DNA of 64,000 nucleotides from Lepidodermella squamata (GCA_047495785.1 JBLDXI010000020.1:1612001-1676000); one strand, 5' to 3'; shown: positions 50,501 to 64,000, counted from the first letter of the stretch. A program made the numbers and translations. The notes: a model not told the origin generated them from the sequence alone.

Positions 50501-53500
50501 AGAAATCTCGACCAGCCTTCGCCGATTGGTCGATGGTAGAAATTCGGACCGAGCATTCGACAGTCACGTTTTCGCGAACTATGTCCATTTGAAGCTCGGC
50601 GCCTTCTTTCACAGTAATCCGATCAGAGCCAGCAAATTCGATTTGGTAGTCATTTTGCGGGATGAAAATATTAGCTACGGTATTTGTATCACTTCGAGAT
50701 AATCTAGCGCCTCCCTCGACTTCTTTCAATCTTATTATGAAATGCTCCATCGGCTCTGGAATTGCGTCATCGACCACAGATAACTGAATTTTTTGCCTAG
50801 TCTCCGCCTCGGCGAAGTGGAGCTTCCCAGATGAGATACGAAATTGCGTGGTAGGGTCGACGAAATCAGCGCTGCCTTGAGGCGGTATGAATTCGAGTTG
50901 CCACGAAACGGTCGCCGAGCCGAAACTGCCGCGTTTTCGAATCACAACTAATTCTTTCGACTCGCCCTCGCCTATGACCTCAGAAATTCCAGATTCGGAA
51001 AATTGAAACACGCCATGTGGGTCGTCATTCGCCGGAATAGTGACGGCTAATGAGGCTATAGCGTCATTTATGACAATTGGGGCGTCTCGGAACGACCGAA
51101 TCCTTATAGTAAATCGTTCGTTTAATTCCGGAACATCGTCAGCTTTTGCCATGAATGACACCTTTTGCTCAGAGATTCCATCCCGGAATTCAACAACAGT
51201 GGGCAAGCCGAGAAATTCTGTTCGATTCACGTCTTGTTCCGCGTAAATTTCAATGCGTCGATTCGCGAGATTGCCGCCACTTCGTCGGATTGTTACCTGG
51301 ATAGGGTCTTTCCCTTCCTCCAGGACAACAGCCCCGCTCGGGTCGGAAATTCCGAATTTACCAGCAGGGTTGTCATTTTCGCGGAAAATGATTCGTAACT
51401 GAGAACTATTCGCCGCTAATCTCTGGCTATCACTCGGTCGAACATTTACCAGTTTCAACACCATTTCCTCGTCTAGCTCAGGGTAAGGATCAGGCAAAAC
51501 TCGCAGGACAAGTCTAGCTTTTTCAGTTCCAGATTTGATGAGAAGAGATCGATTTTCTGGCAAGACGTAATCTTCCCCTGAAATCAAGAGTTGGTCCTGA
51601 TGGGCAATTTCCCAGTCGACCCATGCGTCGCCGCTGGTTCCGTTGCGGAAGATGTTTAGTTCAATGGTTAGCTCTTTATCTTCCGGCTCATCGATGTAAA
51701 TTACAGCCGGGCCGCTGAAACCCAACTCGCCATTCGCTAGCAATAGATCAAGCACAATCGTTGCAGTGGTGTAACGTCCTAAATTCGGACTGTTGTATGG
51801 CCGATAGTTCGGATCATAGACTTGAAATTAAAAAATTAATTGAACCGATTCGTAACAATTCGGGCGAAAATCTTACTGGTAAGTGGGTTCAGGCTGACAT
51901 TAAGTAGCCTAACGGTGAAAGCAGATCCAACAGGCAAGAAAGCTGCGTCATTGATCGGAAGTACGAACTGATAAGAGCTTTCGCAATCGGGCATAATAAG
52001 CCGGTTATCGCGAGTATCGAGAATTCCTGAAAATAACAAGAGGTCATTTTTTTGTCTCATCGATTTAGATTTTTTCGCTTCATTAATTTGAAAATTTATT
52101 TTTGTTTAGTTATATATTTTACCCATTCATATCGTAATTAATTTCCCTATTAATTATTTTGTTTATCGTGCGATGGAAATGATCGGTAAATTTTTGGAGG
52201 CGTGCGTAACAACTAGAAATTATTGCATACCTGATAAATTGCCAATGATGCGTGCATCGCCGACTTGGTACTCCGCTATGAAGTCGACAATTAGGTCGCC
52301 ATTGGTGCCGCCGTTGCGCGATAGCAACAAGCGCAGGCCCCGGCCGCGTCCGTTCATCTAAAAGGAATAATCAAAATAAAAGTCACGCTCAATTAGACGC
52401 GCGCCGCCTTAAAACTCACCGGAATTATCTTCTGCTCGTTAGGGTTTGCAAACTCAATGATGCCATGCGCGGCATCGCTGTCTTGTAAAATTATTACAGC
52501 TGGAGGGTTTTCGGCGGCGAGCCTTGCACCGCCTTTAACAGAACTCGGTTTCAAGAAAACACTGAATTTTTCAATGCGTTCCGGCTCTGAGTCTTGAACA
52601 ATAAAAATTCGGATTTCTTTCTCGGTTTCGCCCGGCCCGAAAGTGACAGTCCCAGTTGTCGGTCGCAAGTCAGAATCAGCCGGCTCGCGAGAATTAATTC
52701 GCATCAAAGTCCAGCTAAAAAAAATAGATAATTTTTCACTCGAATTAAGGTGGAATATTTCAAGACATACTTGACAGAAACTTGACCGAAACTGCCCTGT
52801 AAACGGCGGACGGTCAGAGTAACCTCACTCTGAGTGTCTTCATTCGCGATTTTAGTCGGACTGAGCTTCAACGGATCCTCAGTCGCGAACATCAATACAC
52901 CATTCGGATCATCGTTGGACAAGATGGTTATCTTAAAATTAAATTAATAAATTCGAAATAAAAATGTAATTTAAGATTTTTCTACCACTGTGTGTTGCAT
53001 TCCGATCAGAACAGCGTCGCCTTTCGGTTGGCCGAGTTTCACCATGAATTGCTCGTCAGCCTCCGGTTGGCTGTCGTCGATCAAGGTAACGCGAATTTTC
53101 TGCTCAAGAACACCGGGTTCGAAAACGACGACGGAAGAATCGCTTACGAAATCTATATCAGGCCGGCACTCAGGGTCGCTCGATACCAAACTATACGGCA
53201 CTTCGATTCTTGTCGACAGTGGCCCGACTTTGTGCGCCTGGCCTGATTTATCGACAATTTGACCCCGAGTTACAACGACATCAAGTGACGAATTCCGCTC
53301 ATCAGTCGTATAGCCAGTTTTCAGAAATCGAATCGGTGCGTCATTCGCCGGGATGAGAACCTTTAATTGGCAAGAAGTCGCGTTCGCCCGGGCTCCGTTT
53401 GAAATCGCGACCAACTCAATCAAAAACTCCTCGTCATCCTCCGGCTTCTCGTCGTCAACAGCCGTGAGCTGAAAAACAGCTTGGCGCTGCTGGTCCATGA

Positions 53501-54113
53501 AAACCACGTTGGATGAGCTGAGTTCCAAATCGTCCACCTCCGTAAATTTTCCGTTCGATTTCGCAATTTTCCGGCCGGTAACTTTTGTAACTGAAAGTTG
53601 CGCCGAAACTCGGCCGTCAGCGCCTCGTAGCCGATTTACAGTTATCATAGCCGGTTCTTGACCCTCCCGGAGCTGGATGAAACCTGCTTCGAAACCCAAC
53701 ACGCCGAAAGCGTCGTCATTCGGTTCAATAACGACAGTCGCATCAGGGCCAGTTGTCGCCGAATCAGAGCCAGGTAGTATCTTCAGGGCTAAGTGATAAG
53801 TCTCCCTTCCCTCGGGAATATCATCTGCCTCGACGAAGAAAGTCTTGTGAATTTGGTCGACATCTCGCCGAAAATGTAGCACGTAACTGGCTCCGCGGAA
53901 GTCGTAAGTCGCTTCCGGTTCTTTGAAGTACAAAACTGCAACGATATCACGTTCATGCGAGCCAGTTTTTCGCACGGTCACGTCAAAGCTTTTGCCCTCG
54001 GTTACGAAAAAACTGCGCGGGCTTATCTCAAGAATTGGCCCATCGCCCTCGACCTGACTTCTCACTGATCGTAATATTGAAGACAGGTAAATTAGAGCGT
54101 AAAGCAACCACAT
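32578..54113 (-). CDS. ADGRV1: Adhesion G protein-coupled receptor V1 (VLGR1/GPR98), about 18 coding exons, roughly 6,400 aa
   Basis: Signal peptide MWLLYALIYLSSILRSVRS; dozens of Calx-beta repeats (DDxxPExxExF...I.AND.P.G); LamG/pentraxin-like domain (FALSFWIKP...DGNWHFVAVN); EAR repeats (GARDVATFSFGPQLYLAMAN); GPS CRCRHFSSYGA; 7TM (LHYFFVAQFTWIFTQALNLWRIFVLNDEHT, GWGVPAF); tail ending DIHL. Length is a sum of exons read by eye. Confidence 0.96.
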
Positions 54114-56127
54114 GCTTTACGTCAACTAAAAACCTAAATCGGGCGAGAAGAGAGAAAATAAATGAACACGGTTTTTTATTAATTTTTCGGTGTTATTCTT
54201 GACGCACGATTAAAAAAATTAATCGATTAAGTAAAAGCGGCTATTTATTGTTATTTTGAAGTGTCATAGCCCGGCGCAGTTTAAGGCGGTCGCGCGCGCG
54301 CAAAAGGGGTGTTGTGTTATTGTTTTATTATTTTTACCTGGCGAGAGCTGACTCTGCAATTGCGCGCGCGGCTGCTGCATTTTGTGTTTTCTTGTTTTTG
54401 CGCGCCTGCGCTTTGTCGCTTTGTTTATAGCTGGTGGCGGTTTAAAAACTCTACGACACACGTCTTACCGCAGAATCAGAGAAGCACTTCATAATACAGA
54501 TCGGCTATTATCGATGGTCTAGTGTGTGTACAAACTCGTTTCGAGTAGGTCCACCTTAATCGAATTAAAATATATAACGAATATTATACAAAACAAATAG
54601 CCGGTTGACGATGTGCGGGGGGACAATTGCGAATAATAGATTTTTATTCATGAAATTTTTCAAAAAAATTTAGCCGACGAGACGTGATGTGAAAAATGGC
54701 AAGTCGCGAGCACGGGTGAGTAAGAGTGCGCGCCAAGGTGCGGCCATATTATTGTTGGCGTGGCTAGCCCGTTTCGCTCCGAAACGCGCCATTTACTCTC
54801 GACCAAGACGCTCTTCACGCCACACTGCAAGAAAACATTCAGGGTATCAATTTCACACAATAACAACACAACTTTTATATAAATACCGTGTAGTAAAAAT
54901 AATAACCGTTTTGGTATATTATTTTCTCGCCTGATTTTCACGCGCAAATAAAAATTGAGAAAAGGCGTAGTAGATGGAAAAATCAACAACAATAATAATA
55001 ACAATCGTCTTATATTTATGGCATCACTTGCATCATCAACATCGTCGAGGAGTAGGAGTTGAAGGCGGCGGTGGCGGCGGCGGCAGCGACAACAATAACA
55101 ACAGTAGCAATAATCAACAACACACGGGAGTGTCGGCAACTTCATGCCGGTTGCCGACGCAGGTATCGATTGACTTCAATTATAGCTTGGGCCCTGCTAC
55201 TAGGGCATAAAACTGCGTGAAAAAGCGCGGTTTATTAACAAACTTGAAATTTCAGCGCTCGTTATTAATATTGTTATCAGAGAACACATGGCCGTTTCGA
55301 TTGAGACCACCCATACTCACGCGCAGTCGACAAGAGCGCGTGTGTAGACGGACATCAGCGTTGCTCATAAAAAATTCTGCAACCTTGGCCCTTACATTAT
55401 ATGCGGCAACCCGCGCATTGTCTATATTATATGGCCGAGAATTTGCGGCATTTGCACTGATTTGTGAACTGTGTCTCTCGTCAAGTATTCCGGCGCACTT
55501 TGTACCGGCTTAATTGATCCGAATTTATTAAACATTGATTCAGCTCATTCCTGGAAATTATGTGACTCGGAATAAAAAATGCTATTTTTCAGAATCGAAA
55601 CTATACAAATCAAGACAACCCCCTCCGCTTTCCCGACACCGAGTTTTATTTTATTTCACAGCAAAAGTCTGAAAATTGATTCATAGTTACCTATAATTAA
55701 TATAATTTCCTGAGCTTGCATTAGGCATTCGTAGGTATAAGAGAAAGAGAAAGCTTTGCACATCGGGTTCGCATCGCATGCTGAAATGTAGTCACTGAAG
55801 CCCATAGACAACACTGCAACAGATAGGAAACTAACGATATTTCCATAGTAAACTTGATTAATTTTTAAAAAAATTTAAAAAGCTGCAGGTATCTCTTTCA
55901 AAAATTTTGATCTGCTCATAAATACTAGAAGCGGCCGTCTATCTAATGATGTCAGGCACACTTTGTGTTCCCTAATTTTCTAAAATTCGCCGAAAAGGGC
56001 TATATTTGGTGATTTTGGGCAAAATTGCCATTCATCTGCCGTGGTTGGCTCTTCCGGAATTTTTTTTAAAAATTAAAAAAAATAGTTTATCCATGGTGAG
56101 AATTTTCTCTATCCGGCGATATAAAAC

Positions 56128-56291
56128 TTGTCGTTTAATTAATTTATTTTAATTTTCCGATTTTTTCGGGGCTCCACAAATTATTATTTCCGAGAATGTC
56201 TCTAAACCAAGCAACGCTTTGAGAGTAGTCAAAGTCCAAGGAACAAGGCCAAAAGTAATCGAAAAATTAAAATAAATTAATTAAACGACAA
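56128..56291. repeat. AT-rich inverted repeat, about 35 bp arms
   Basis: TTGTCGTTTAATTAATTTATTTTAATTTTCCGATT versus AATCGAAAAATTAAAATAAATTAATTAAACGACAA. Confidence 0.7.
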
Positions 56292-56906
56292 ATGTGAGGT
56301 GAGAGGTGAGGCATTCATTGGTGAGTGAGTTGAAGCTGTACCCAGCACAGTGGCGCCCATTGTGACAAATTTCTTCGAGTAACTAGAGTAATTGATTTAG
56401 AGACTTTAACTTTGATTGAAGCCATAAGGAATCACAGATCTAACCAGTCAAGATCAAGACAGGCTATGCAGAGACAATCAAAAGATCCGCACGGTGGAAT
56501 TGAGGCGACACTAGTTGAAATTTTTCGCACGTGCGAAATAAGGCTGTTCATCCCCTGCAAAACGGACCAAAATGACGCCTTTTTCACGAGCTCCAAAAAT
56601 AGCTCCAACAAGGAAGGAGGGATAGTTTCAAGAATATGAATATATTCATGAGGTTTCATGAAACTGGGACATTATTAGTTAATTGCCAAAAATGCAGAAA
56701 AATTTGAGCAGTTGGAATAAGGTGTCGACAAATCAAAATAATGATTCCGGAATTTTTCTGACATAATTATCAACTGTGAGGGCTTCGGAATATTAATTAG
56801 CACCTCATGAATATTCATATTTTTACAACTATTAAAACTTCTTGGTCTGTCCGAGTTATACTTTTTATTTTTAGCTGATTTTAACCCAAGCTTGAAGCTA
56901 AAAATA

Positions 56907-57401
56907 CAGTGAAAGTTGTCTAAACCGGACTAAGGTCGCGCCAGGCAAAATCGTCCGGTTTAGAGAAAGTCCGAATTATTTTAAACCGGACTGAGTCCGG
57001 TATAGGAAATGCCACGTGAAATTCGTGGAATTTTTAAGTTTTACAAGCTAAGTAGCAGTTTTTGAGTACGGAATCGACAATTTTAATATAAATAATCAAC
57101 ATATTCAGCTATATTCGCAATAATTGGGAAGTTAAATTTTTTTTCAAAATTTTGAGGCTACTCTCGTCAGGCAGGTGCTGGCACTTTCTTCAAAAGTATA
57201 TAGAAAATTGGCCTTTTTATTGCATAAACCGGACTTCGAGCCCCAAAATCCGTCCGGTTTATACCACAGTCCGGTTTAGAGAGTCCGGTTTAGACAATAA
57301 AATTATAATGTAAAGTCCACACTTTCGGATCGAGCCACCCGAAATCGTCCGGTTTAGAGAAAGTCCGGTTTAGACCGGTCCGGTTTAAACAACTTTCACT
57401 G
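56907..57401. mobile_element. Non-autonomous Tc1/mariner/pogo-type element (495 bp) with repeated subterminal motifs
   Basis: TA|CAGTGAAAGTTGTCTAAACCGGAC ... GTCCGGTTTAAACAACTTTCACTG|TA; many GTCCGGTTTA copies in both orientations near each end. Confidence 0.88.
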
Positions 57402-58234
57402 TAGTTGGGGCGCGTGGGAAATATTTTTAGTTTTAACTAAACTATGTAATTCCTGAGCGTGAGTAACTTTTGATTTTCACTGTATTTCTAAAATTTCGTC
57501 AAATCAAAGCAGCGCGCGTCGTCGTGAAGCTTTATCGGACCTGGATTGTATAGCTGTTCATCTCCACCAACGCAACCCGTTTGTACCGGTGAAAATATTG
57601 AGGATAAAACTTGATAGAAATTACCTCCAGTTTCCAGTTTCCAGGAGAAATGACCTATTACAAGAACCGAGTTGCCCACATTGTTTGGCCACTGAGGTCC
57701 CGCATAAGCAGCGGCAATTTTCAGTTTTAAATGCTTCAAATCTTGCTAACCTTTTTTCGCGTTATAGAAGTCAATACTTGAAAACGCAAATGACTCGAAA
57801 TTTATTGGTATATAATAGTAGACGTTACAACAACAACAAAAGCGCGACGTTTCGTATGTAAAATCGCCAGTGCATCGATGAAGATGTGGAAAAATGACTT
57901 AAAAGCCATGAAAAAAAGATTTCAATAAATGCCTATATAACAAATTTGCTTCCCAGATATTTTAGAAAAGCATATTTTATATGGCTTTTCTCAGTCACAT
58001 GATGTCATCAAGAATAAGCGGATTGACAACAAGGATTAACAAGTTTTAAAATTAAAATCGTTTCGCGTTGTATTCATATACCGGGGTATATCTAAAGTGG
58101 CGATAAAATTCGATAAGAAATCCTTGACATATGAGATGGAATATCAAAGATATCTGATCGAAAGTACATAAAATTGCTTTGATAGAAAATTTGCGACATT
58201 ATATATATATATATAAGGATTCCATCGTCATAGT

Positions 58235-58462
58235 CTACTTCCGGCCCCAGCCGAACCTGAGTGGGGTGTAGTCGTCGGCACGCTTGTCCGCCCAGCCGTC
58301 CGCGCGGCCAACGGCGAAGGCGCGTTTGCGGTAGCTTTGAATCCGCTGCGACAGATCGCCGAAAAGTTCGTCGAAGTTGTCGCTATCTTCCACTTCAGCC
58401 GAAACGATGACCAGCACGACGGCGAGCATGATAGCAATAGCGGTAGCCCAGTTGAAGTTCAT
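58235..58462 (-). CDS. Neuropeptide precursor 3 (75 aa), predicted ADDYTPLRFGW-amide
   Basis: MNFNWATAIAIMLAVVLVIVSA (signal), acidic spacer, RKR-AFAVGRADGWAD-KR-ADDYTPLRFGW-GRK*; GC-rich coding island within AT-rich DNA. Confidence 0.88.
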   Translation of the reverse strand: MNFNWATAIAIMLAVVLVIVSAEVEDSDNFDELFGDLSQRIQSYRKRAFAVGRADGWADKRADDYTPLRFGWGRK

Positions 58463-61400
58463 TGTTATCGCGGTAGATTTACTCAAAAATCAGGTAAAGA
58501 AATTAAGCCCGGAAAAGCTATAAGTGAACAAAATGCAATGAATTATTATCTCAGCAAATCACGAGGACTTTAAATATTCTTAACAAGTTTGCCCAGCCCA
58601 AACGATAAATATTTGACTAGTGGTTTTTTGTGAGACGTTGGCTACATTTTTCCTCCTCCAGATTTTTCCAGAGCATGATTAGCTAGTCAAGTGGGACTTA
58701 ACCTATATGTTCGTTTGCCAACTAAATAGCGCTATTGATTTGCAGATTAAATAAGAAATTGGAGCGCAAATATTGGTGGAATGATACAATGTCGGGTTTG
58801 AGAACTGAGTAAGTATCAAATTTCTCGGGTGAAAATTTGCTTCCTTATAAAGAAAAAACACTGTCCATCCCTCCCGTTATATCCGGCGCGGATATTGCGC
58901 TCGCATGGCTGGAAATAATAATGTAATGGTAAACACCCTCACGACCATCCGTCCGAAGAACCAACGGCAGTGGGGGCGTGACGATCCAAGGTGACCTGAG
59001 CTAGCAGCTACCTTCGGCATTTTCAAAAGAATTTTAATTGCTGGACTCTCGGGTATATTAATAGAGCCTGTCACATAGCTGAAACGCGCATCGCGATGAA
59101 AATTAAACCAACGGCTCGTGATAGTCGGAAATTATAAAAAAAGAGCCCATATACCGTACCTTCTCGAAGTTTCTACAGCGAATAAAATGGGCGGTTGTCT
59201 AAGCGAAATAAGGTTGAAGTCTCCTGTAATGGACCTATTTATTCACACCTATTGCACAAGCGCTAGACATATTATGACCTTTCGCGTTGCGCTCAAAGGT
59301 TTCCATATATATGATTAAAATTCCGAAACCGATAGAATCCACATCATGTACTAATAATTATAATCACGCGCGCTAATCTCAGATTAATTGCGCAATAAAT
59401 TTTTTGTACGAAAACAGCTAGTAATTTGCCCTTAGGATGTTTTGTCTTACCGTGTGGTTGATGACTCAGTGTTGTCAAAACTCAACAAAAGCCATTGATC
59501 AGCAGCGGCTGCGTGGTGTTATTTTGCCAAAATTCGATGTCTTCAGCGGAAGTAGTTTAAAATTTTCCCACATTTAGCTAGTAAAATTTGAACATTTTCA
59601 TGCTTGACTGCGTAGTCCATCTTGTTGCCTAGTTATGGGGACTTTCCTAACAAGAGTGACATCTGCTTCGACACGCGTGCACTTCCGTTGCCGGCATCGC
59701 GGGCGCGTGCCCTGACACATCCCTCGCGCGGGTCCTAACGATGATGGTAAGAAAAAAGTCTGCACTACAACAAATTGCGAACTAGGCTTGATTGCTTAAT
59801 TGCGAACTAGGAGTTTTAAAACTAGGATAGCCTAATTGAAATTCTGATAAAGAAAAACAACCCTGTAATATTCTTAGACTTAGATACATAGAATTGTTAG
59901 TTAATTCGCTTTAGAGGCGGTAGTAAATCTACCTCGCATGAGGCTGAAAGTGATAAATTACCCAGCGGCTTCTCAAAATCGCCAACCACCAATATGCACA
60001 ATCGATAATACAGAGCTACAATAAAACCTGAATAAAAGCTGATAAAAGGCCGAAACTGTGGGAAAAGGATTAAGGCTAAGCCCAGTAACCATCAGAAAAG
60101 TTTAATTTGTAATTCCCAATGGATAGCATTGGCACAGCAACCTGATACCTAGGTATCGAGGCTCAATATTTATTTGAGGGCGCTGATTTTCGGGGTTTGA
60201 GTAGCTTACCTTTCCCAATTGTTAGAAACTTTGAAGATCCTGTGTGAAATGGAGACCCTACCTATTATGAATCCTTTCTTTTTGAAGCCTAACCGAAGTT
60301 ATTCTTAGGTAAAAGTTGGAGAGATTAGTTCTAAAAATGTTCATGAATCTCAAGCCAAAACATGTTATCCTTTGATGAGTGATTGGTTCAACTTGAAAAC
60401 GACCTAAGGTTGACGATTTTTAAATAGCTCAAAATTCAAATAAATTGCTGCCCGAGAGGGAGTGCTCATCAGGAAGGATGAACTCTCTATGTATACACCC
60501 GCAATCGAATTCGTCTAGTTTTTGCGCGTAAACATCCATTAGCCGCTCTAATCGTTGTCTGTGTCGTCACGTGTGCATGCAAAGTGCCAAATATTAAGCC
60601 GGAGGAATGCAGCTTATTCACGATGTTTCACAGGTAAAAAATGTCGCTGATTTTTCAAACCTAGTGCACTAGCTTTTTTTAAATTTATCACCCCTCATCG
60701 CGGACACAGGCCACAATGAAAATATCACTAAAAGCACACCCACGCTCATTAAGACGCCATTCAACCGGTGTCGTAGCAATTCCAATTTTATTTTTATTAT
60801 CGTCAACAAAAATCACAAACAATTACGAAAGCATTGAATCAATTCAAAAATTGCGAGTATCAAATTGAGGTTAAATGAAGCGGAAAATTCAGCAAATGCG
60901 ATACCACCGGCAAATTTTCGGACACCCACAACCGGTCGATAGCGTGAATCGGCAGGCCTTTCGAAAATTAGCGCCGTATGGGATGTACTTATCCCGGGGG
61001 TTCTCGGGCTGATCTTCAAAGATCCGCGCTAAATTAGTCAACTGATCCATTATTTCTGGTATAAAGAAACAATAAAATAATGTATATTATCGCGATAAAA
61101 AATTGTTATACCAGGCTCTGGTTTAGCGGCATTTCCCAAGTGGTGGGTCAATAGGAGGAAGATAGCTGCTAGCAGAGTAAATTTACGCGACATCTTCTTA
61201 GCATTAACTAAATTTTAGAACTGCGAGAAAACATTTGCCACGTTTCAGCGGCTGAAACGTGACACCCTTGAGTCAACAACATGGCGCTTATGTGTGTCTG
61301 CGATTTGGCGCCAATTGCAAGCAAAACATTTTTCTTTTACGATTTCCTCGTTTATTTCCATTTTCCTTCTCGTGGTGATGAGTTACATCAACATTTAAGG

Positions 61401-62093
61401 CAGACATTTGTTTGAAGGAACTATCAATTTTTGTATAACGCAAACGATAAATGGGATATAACACGCAGATAGACGACATGATTGCAAATTCTTCCGTTGA
61501 ACAGGAACGTGGAAATGACAATAGAACGCCCAATTCACATAGCATATATAAGATAACCGTAGTGAGATTTTGTGGATAAAATTTTCTCTTCACAAGTATT
61601 GAAAGCATCACATTCATGTATATTATTATGATATATCTGTTTTATAACGTAATATTTTTAGTATAATAACACCTGAAAATACGGCGTTTCCCACGCTCCG
61701 GCATCACAAAATAGTTACAAATATCAAACCAGAGAGGAGATAGCTATGTTCGAAACACAAAGAAAATAGTCATAAAATGTGCTAATTTGATAAATTGATA
61801 GCAGCGCTTGGGACATGACACCGTTTAATCCCAGCGGTGTAGGTGTGGATAAAATACAAGTCATCTAAAACACCGTATAACACGAATCGATCGCGTTTAA
61901 CATGCAAATCGGCTATGTGAATGCTTTTTATTCTTTTCGATATTTTAAAACTCAAACATGCATGCGCACGGGAAAACTATGTAACGATCACTTTTTTGTA
62001 GCGAAACGATGAATGAAATTTCATGATAAGCGCAAGTGATAGCAATAAAAAAATCTGAATTTTCGGAAAAATTCGAGTCGAGTTTTCGCAGGA

Positions 62094-64000
62094 CTAGTTG
62101 TTTCCGATCGTGGCCGTGTTAGTCATCGTTGCCGTGCCGCCGTTGCTGTTGTACGTGATGTTGCTGCTCGGGTAGCGAGAGACGACTTTTTGCACCCACT
62201 CGCCAAAGTTGATGTGCGAACGATCGGCAGTAACGAACGGGTGCTGCATCAGTTTTTGCAGGGTACCCCGCTCTTCTGGCTGCTTCCTCAAACTGAAAAA
62301 TAAAATGAAGAAGATATAATTCGTATTTCATGAAATAAACAAAGGATTCGGCGAAATTTTTGGCACGGCAAGATTCGGTGCCGTTTTTAAAATCAATGAA
62401 CTTGAAAATAGTCTGATTGCCATCAGGTTGTGGAGAATTTTATATCGGAAATTGACCATTGAAGAACATTTGTCTCAACATTTTCAATTTATTCAACTAT
62501 TCACATCTTATTTCTAGTTTTATACACACAGTCGATTTTCATTTCACTGTATTCAGAGGTTAGGAATCTTGCTAATTACCGAAAAACATGAAATTATTTT
62601 TGCCACGTCAACCTGATACGGTGTAACTTTTCGGTGAGACCGTCATTCAAGGAGGACGGGGCATTCTAGAGGTCTAAAACTTCAGAAATCTACCAGAAAA
62701 ACTGGATCAGGCCATGATGAAAGATTACAATCGTTTTTTCAGGCCAATGCATTTTTAGCGATTTGTTGGTAAATTTGGGAAAATCGCGCAATTTGTCAAA
62801 AGGGTATATATTTCCCAAGGTGAAAAAATTCTGCAAAAGAAACTGAACTTTCCATTGCGTTCCTCGAGATAGCTATTTTACGTAAGCTGAACGCGTGAAC
62901 AGTGAAAATTGCAATTTTATCAAATATTCTAGACGCCTCGAATTCACGGTAAAAAAAAGAGCAATGACTCAGTATCATTCGACTTCTCCTATAAAAAGTC
63001 TCTAAATTGTGATCTCTCGAATCGTTGAATTCATAACGCCGAAAACTCTGTGAGCATTGTTCGACCTGATCGCTGAATTTCCGTCAAAACTTGATATGGG
63101 ATAGTTTCGCGTTTTGAAGCTAACTTACCAGCTATGAACAAAATCACGGCATTCGGCGCTGAAACCTCGTTCTGGCAGACGAGGCGGCTCCTCATTGACG
63201 ATAGTCTCCAGGAGGTCGAAAATCGATAGAGCTGGCTCGTTGACACTCCAGCAAACTGGCAGCGGCTTGCCTGTTCGAACTGCCTCGTCATTCTGAGCTC
63301 CAATGTCTCCCTCGAAAGTGCGTTCAGTGTCCTTCGAATCAGGAGCTGGAATGGGATAGCGGCCGAGGCCAAGTTCGGCAAGAGAAAGGCCCATCGACCA
63401 GATGTCAGATTGCACGGAATATTCACGTCCGAGAAGACGCTCAGGAGCCATGTAAGATCTAAACAGAAACAAATAATTGTTGTCCAAGTAAATTTTAATC
63501 AATTTACCTAGTGCCGACGAAGCTATTAGCCATGGAATCGATCAGTTGGCCAGAAACACCGAAGTCGCACATTTTAATTTCACCTCTGGTGTTAACGAGA
63601 ATGTTCGAAGGTTTGACGTCGCGATGCACGATGCGGTGAGCCTCGCGAAGATAGTGTAGAGCTCTCAGAACGGCGACGCTGATGATAGACAGTAGCGGCT
63701 CTGCAATTCTGCTGCATCGCTTCAGCAACAAATCCAATGATCCGCCGTCCATGTACTCCATGCATATACTAATATCTGCGTCATCATGGAAACAACCGTA
63801 ATAGCCAACGATATATGGCGAAATGCAGTCGTTTAGAATTTTCAACTCGCGCATTATTTGGTTTTTGATAGCTGGCTTAATTTCCAAATGGATGACTTTC
63901 CTCGCCATCACAATTGAAGTTGGCTTGTGGACTACTTTGTATACTACGCCACCGTTGCCGACACCTAGTTCACCAAGTCTTTCGAAGTCATCCGCATGCA
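62094..64000 (-). CDS. MAP2K1: Dual-specificity MAP kinase kinase MEK1/2, 5' end outside the window
   Basis: Exons >64000-63507, 63459-63129, 62292-62094; [70 protein letters not shown], proline-rich insert. Confidence 0.97.

Noticed and set aside
32668-53262. Many antisense and alternative-frame ORFs over ADGRV1
   Set aside because: Shadow ORFs of long coding exons with no independent motifs.
56920-57390. Spaced GTCCGGTTTAG repeats resembling a CRISPR array
   Set aside because: Eukaryotic context, short repeats in both orientations, irregular spacing, bounded by TIRs.

Overview
Eukaryotic (animal, most likely an invertebrate with a compact genome) genomic DNA; most introns are 50-60 bp GT-AG. 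Genes in order: OXR1/NCOA7-like LysM-GRAM-TLDc gene (-), MOCS2B (-), FBXO9 (-), importin-5 (+), two tandem TMEM26-like genes (-), two tandem neuropeptide precursors ending in GYKxNxFKW-G (-, one absent from the ORF track), a full-length ADGRV1/VLGR1 of roughly 6,400 aa packed into 21.5 kb (-), a third neuropeptide precursor with a sulfakinin/CCK-like DDYTPLRFGW-G peptide (-), and the 3' part of MEK1/2 (-). Non-coding DNA holds several TA-flanked MITE-like elements (one nested in an older inverted-repeat element) and a degenerate (TTAGGG)n tract. The most notable observations are the FKWamide peptide pair next to the TMEM26 pair, a shared unrecognised C-terminal domain in the TMEM26 paralogues, and reciprocal intron turnover between them (5 shared introns, 4 unique to each). 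Exon boundaries were read by eye; family calls rest on remembered motifs, not database searches.
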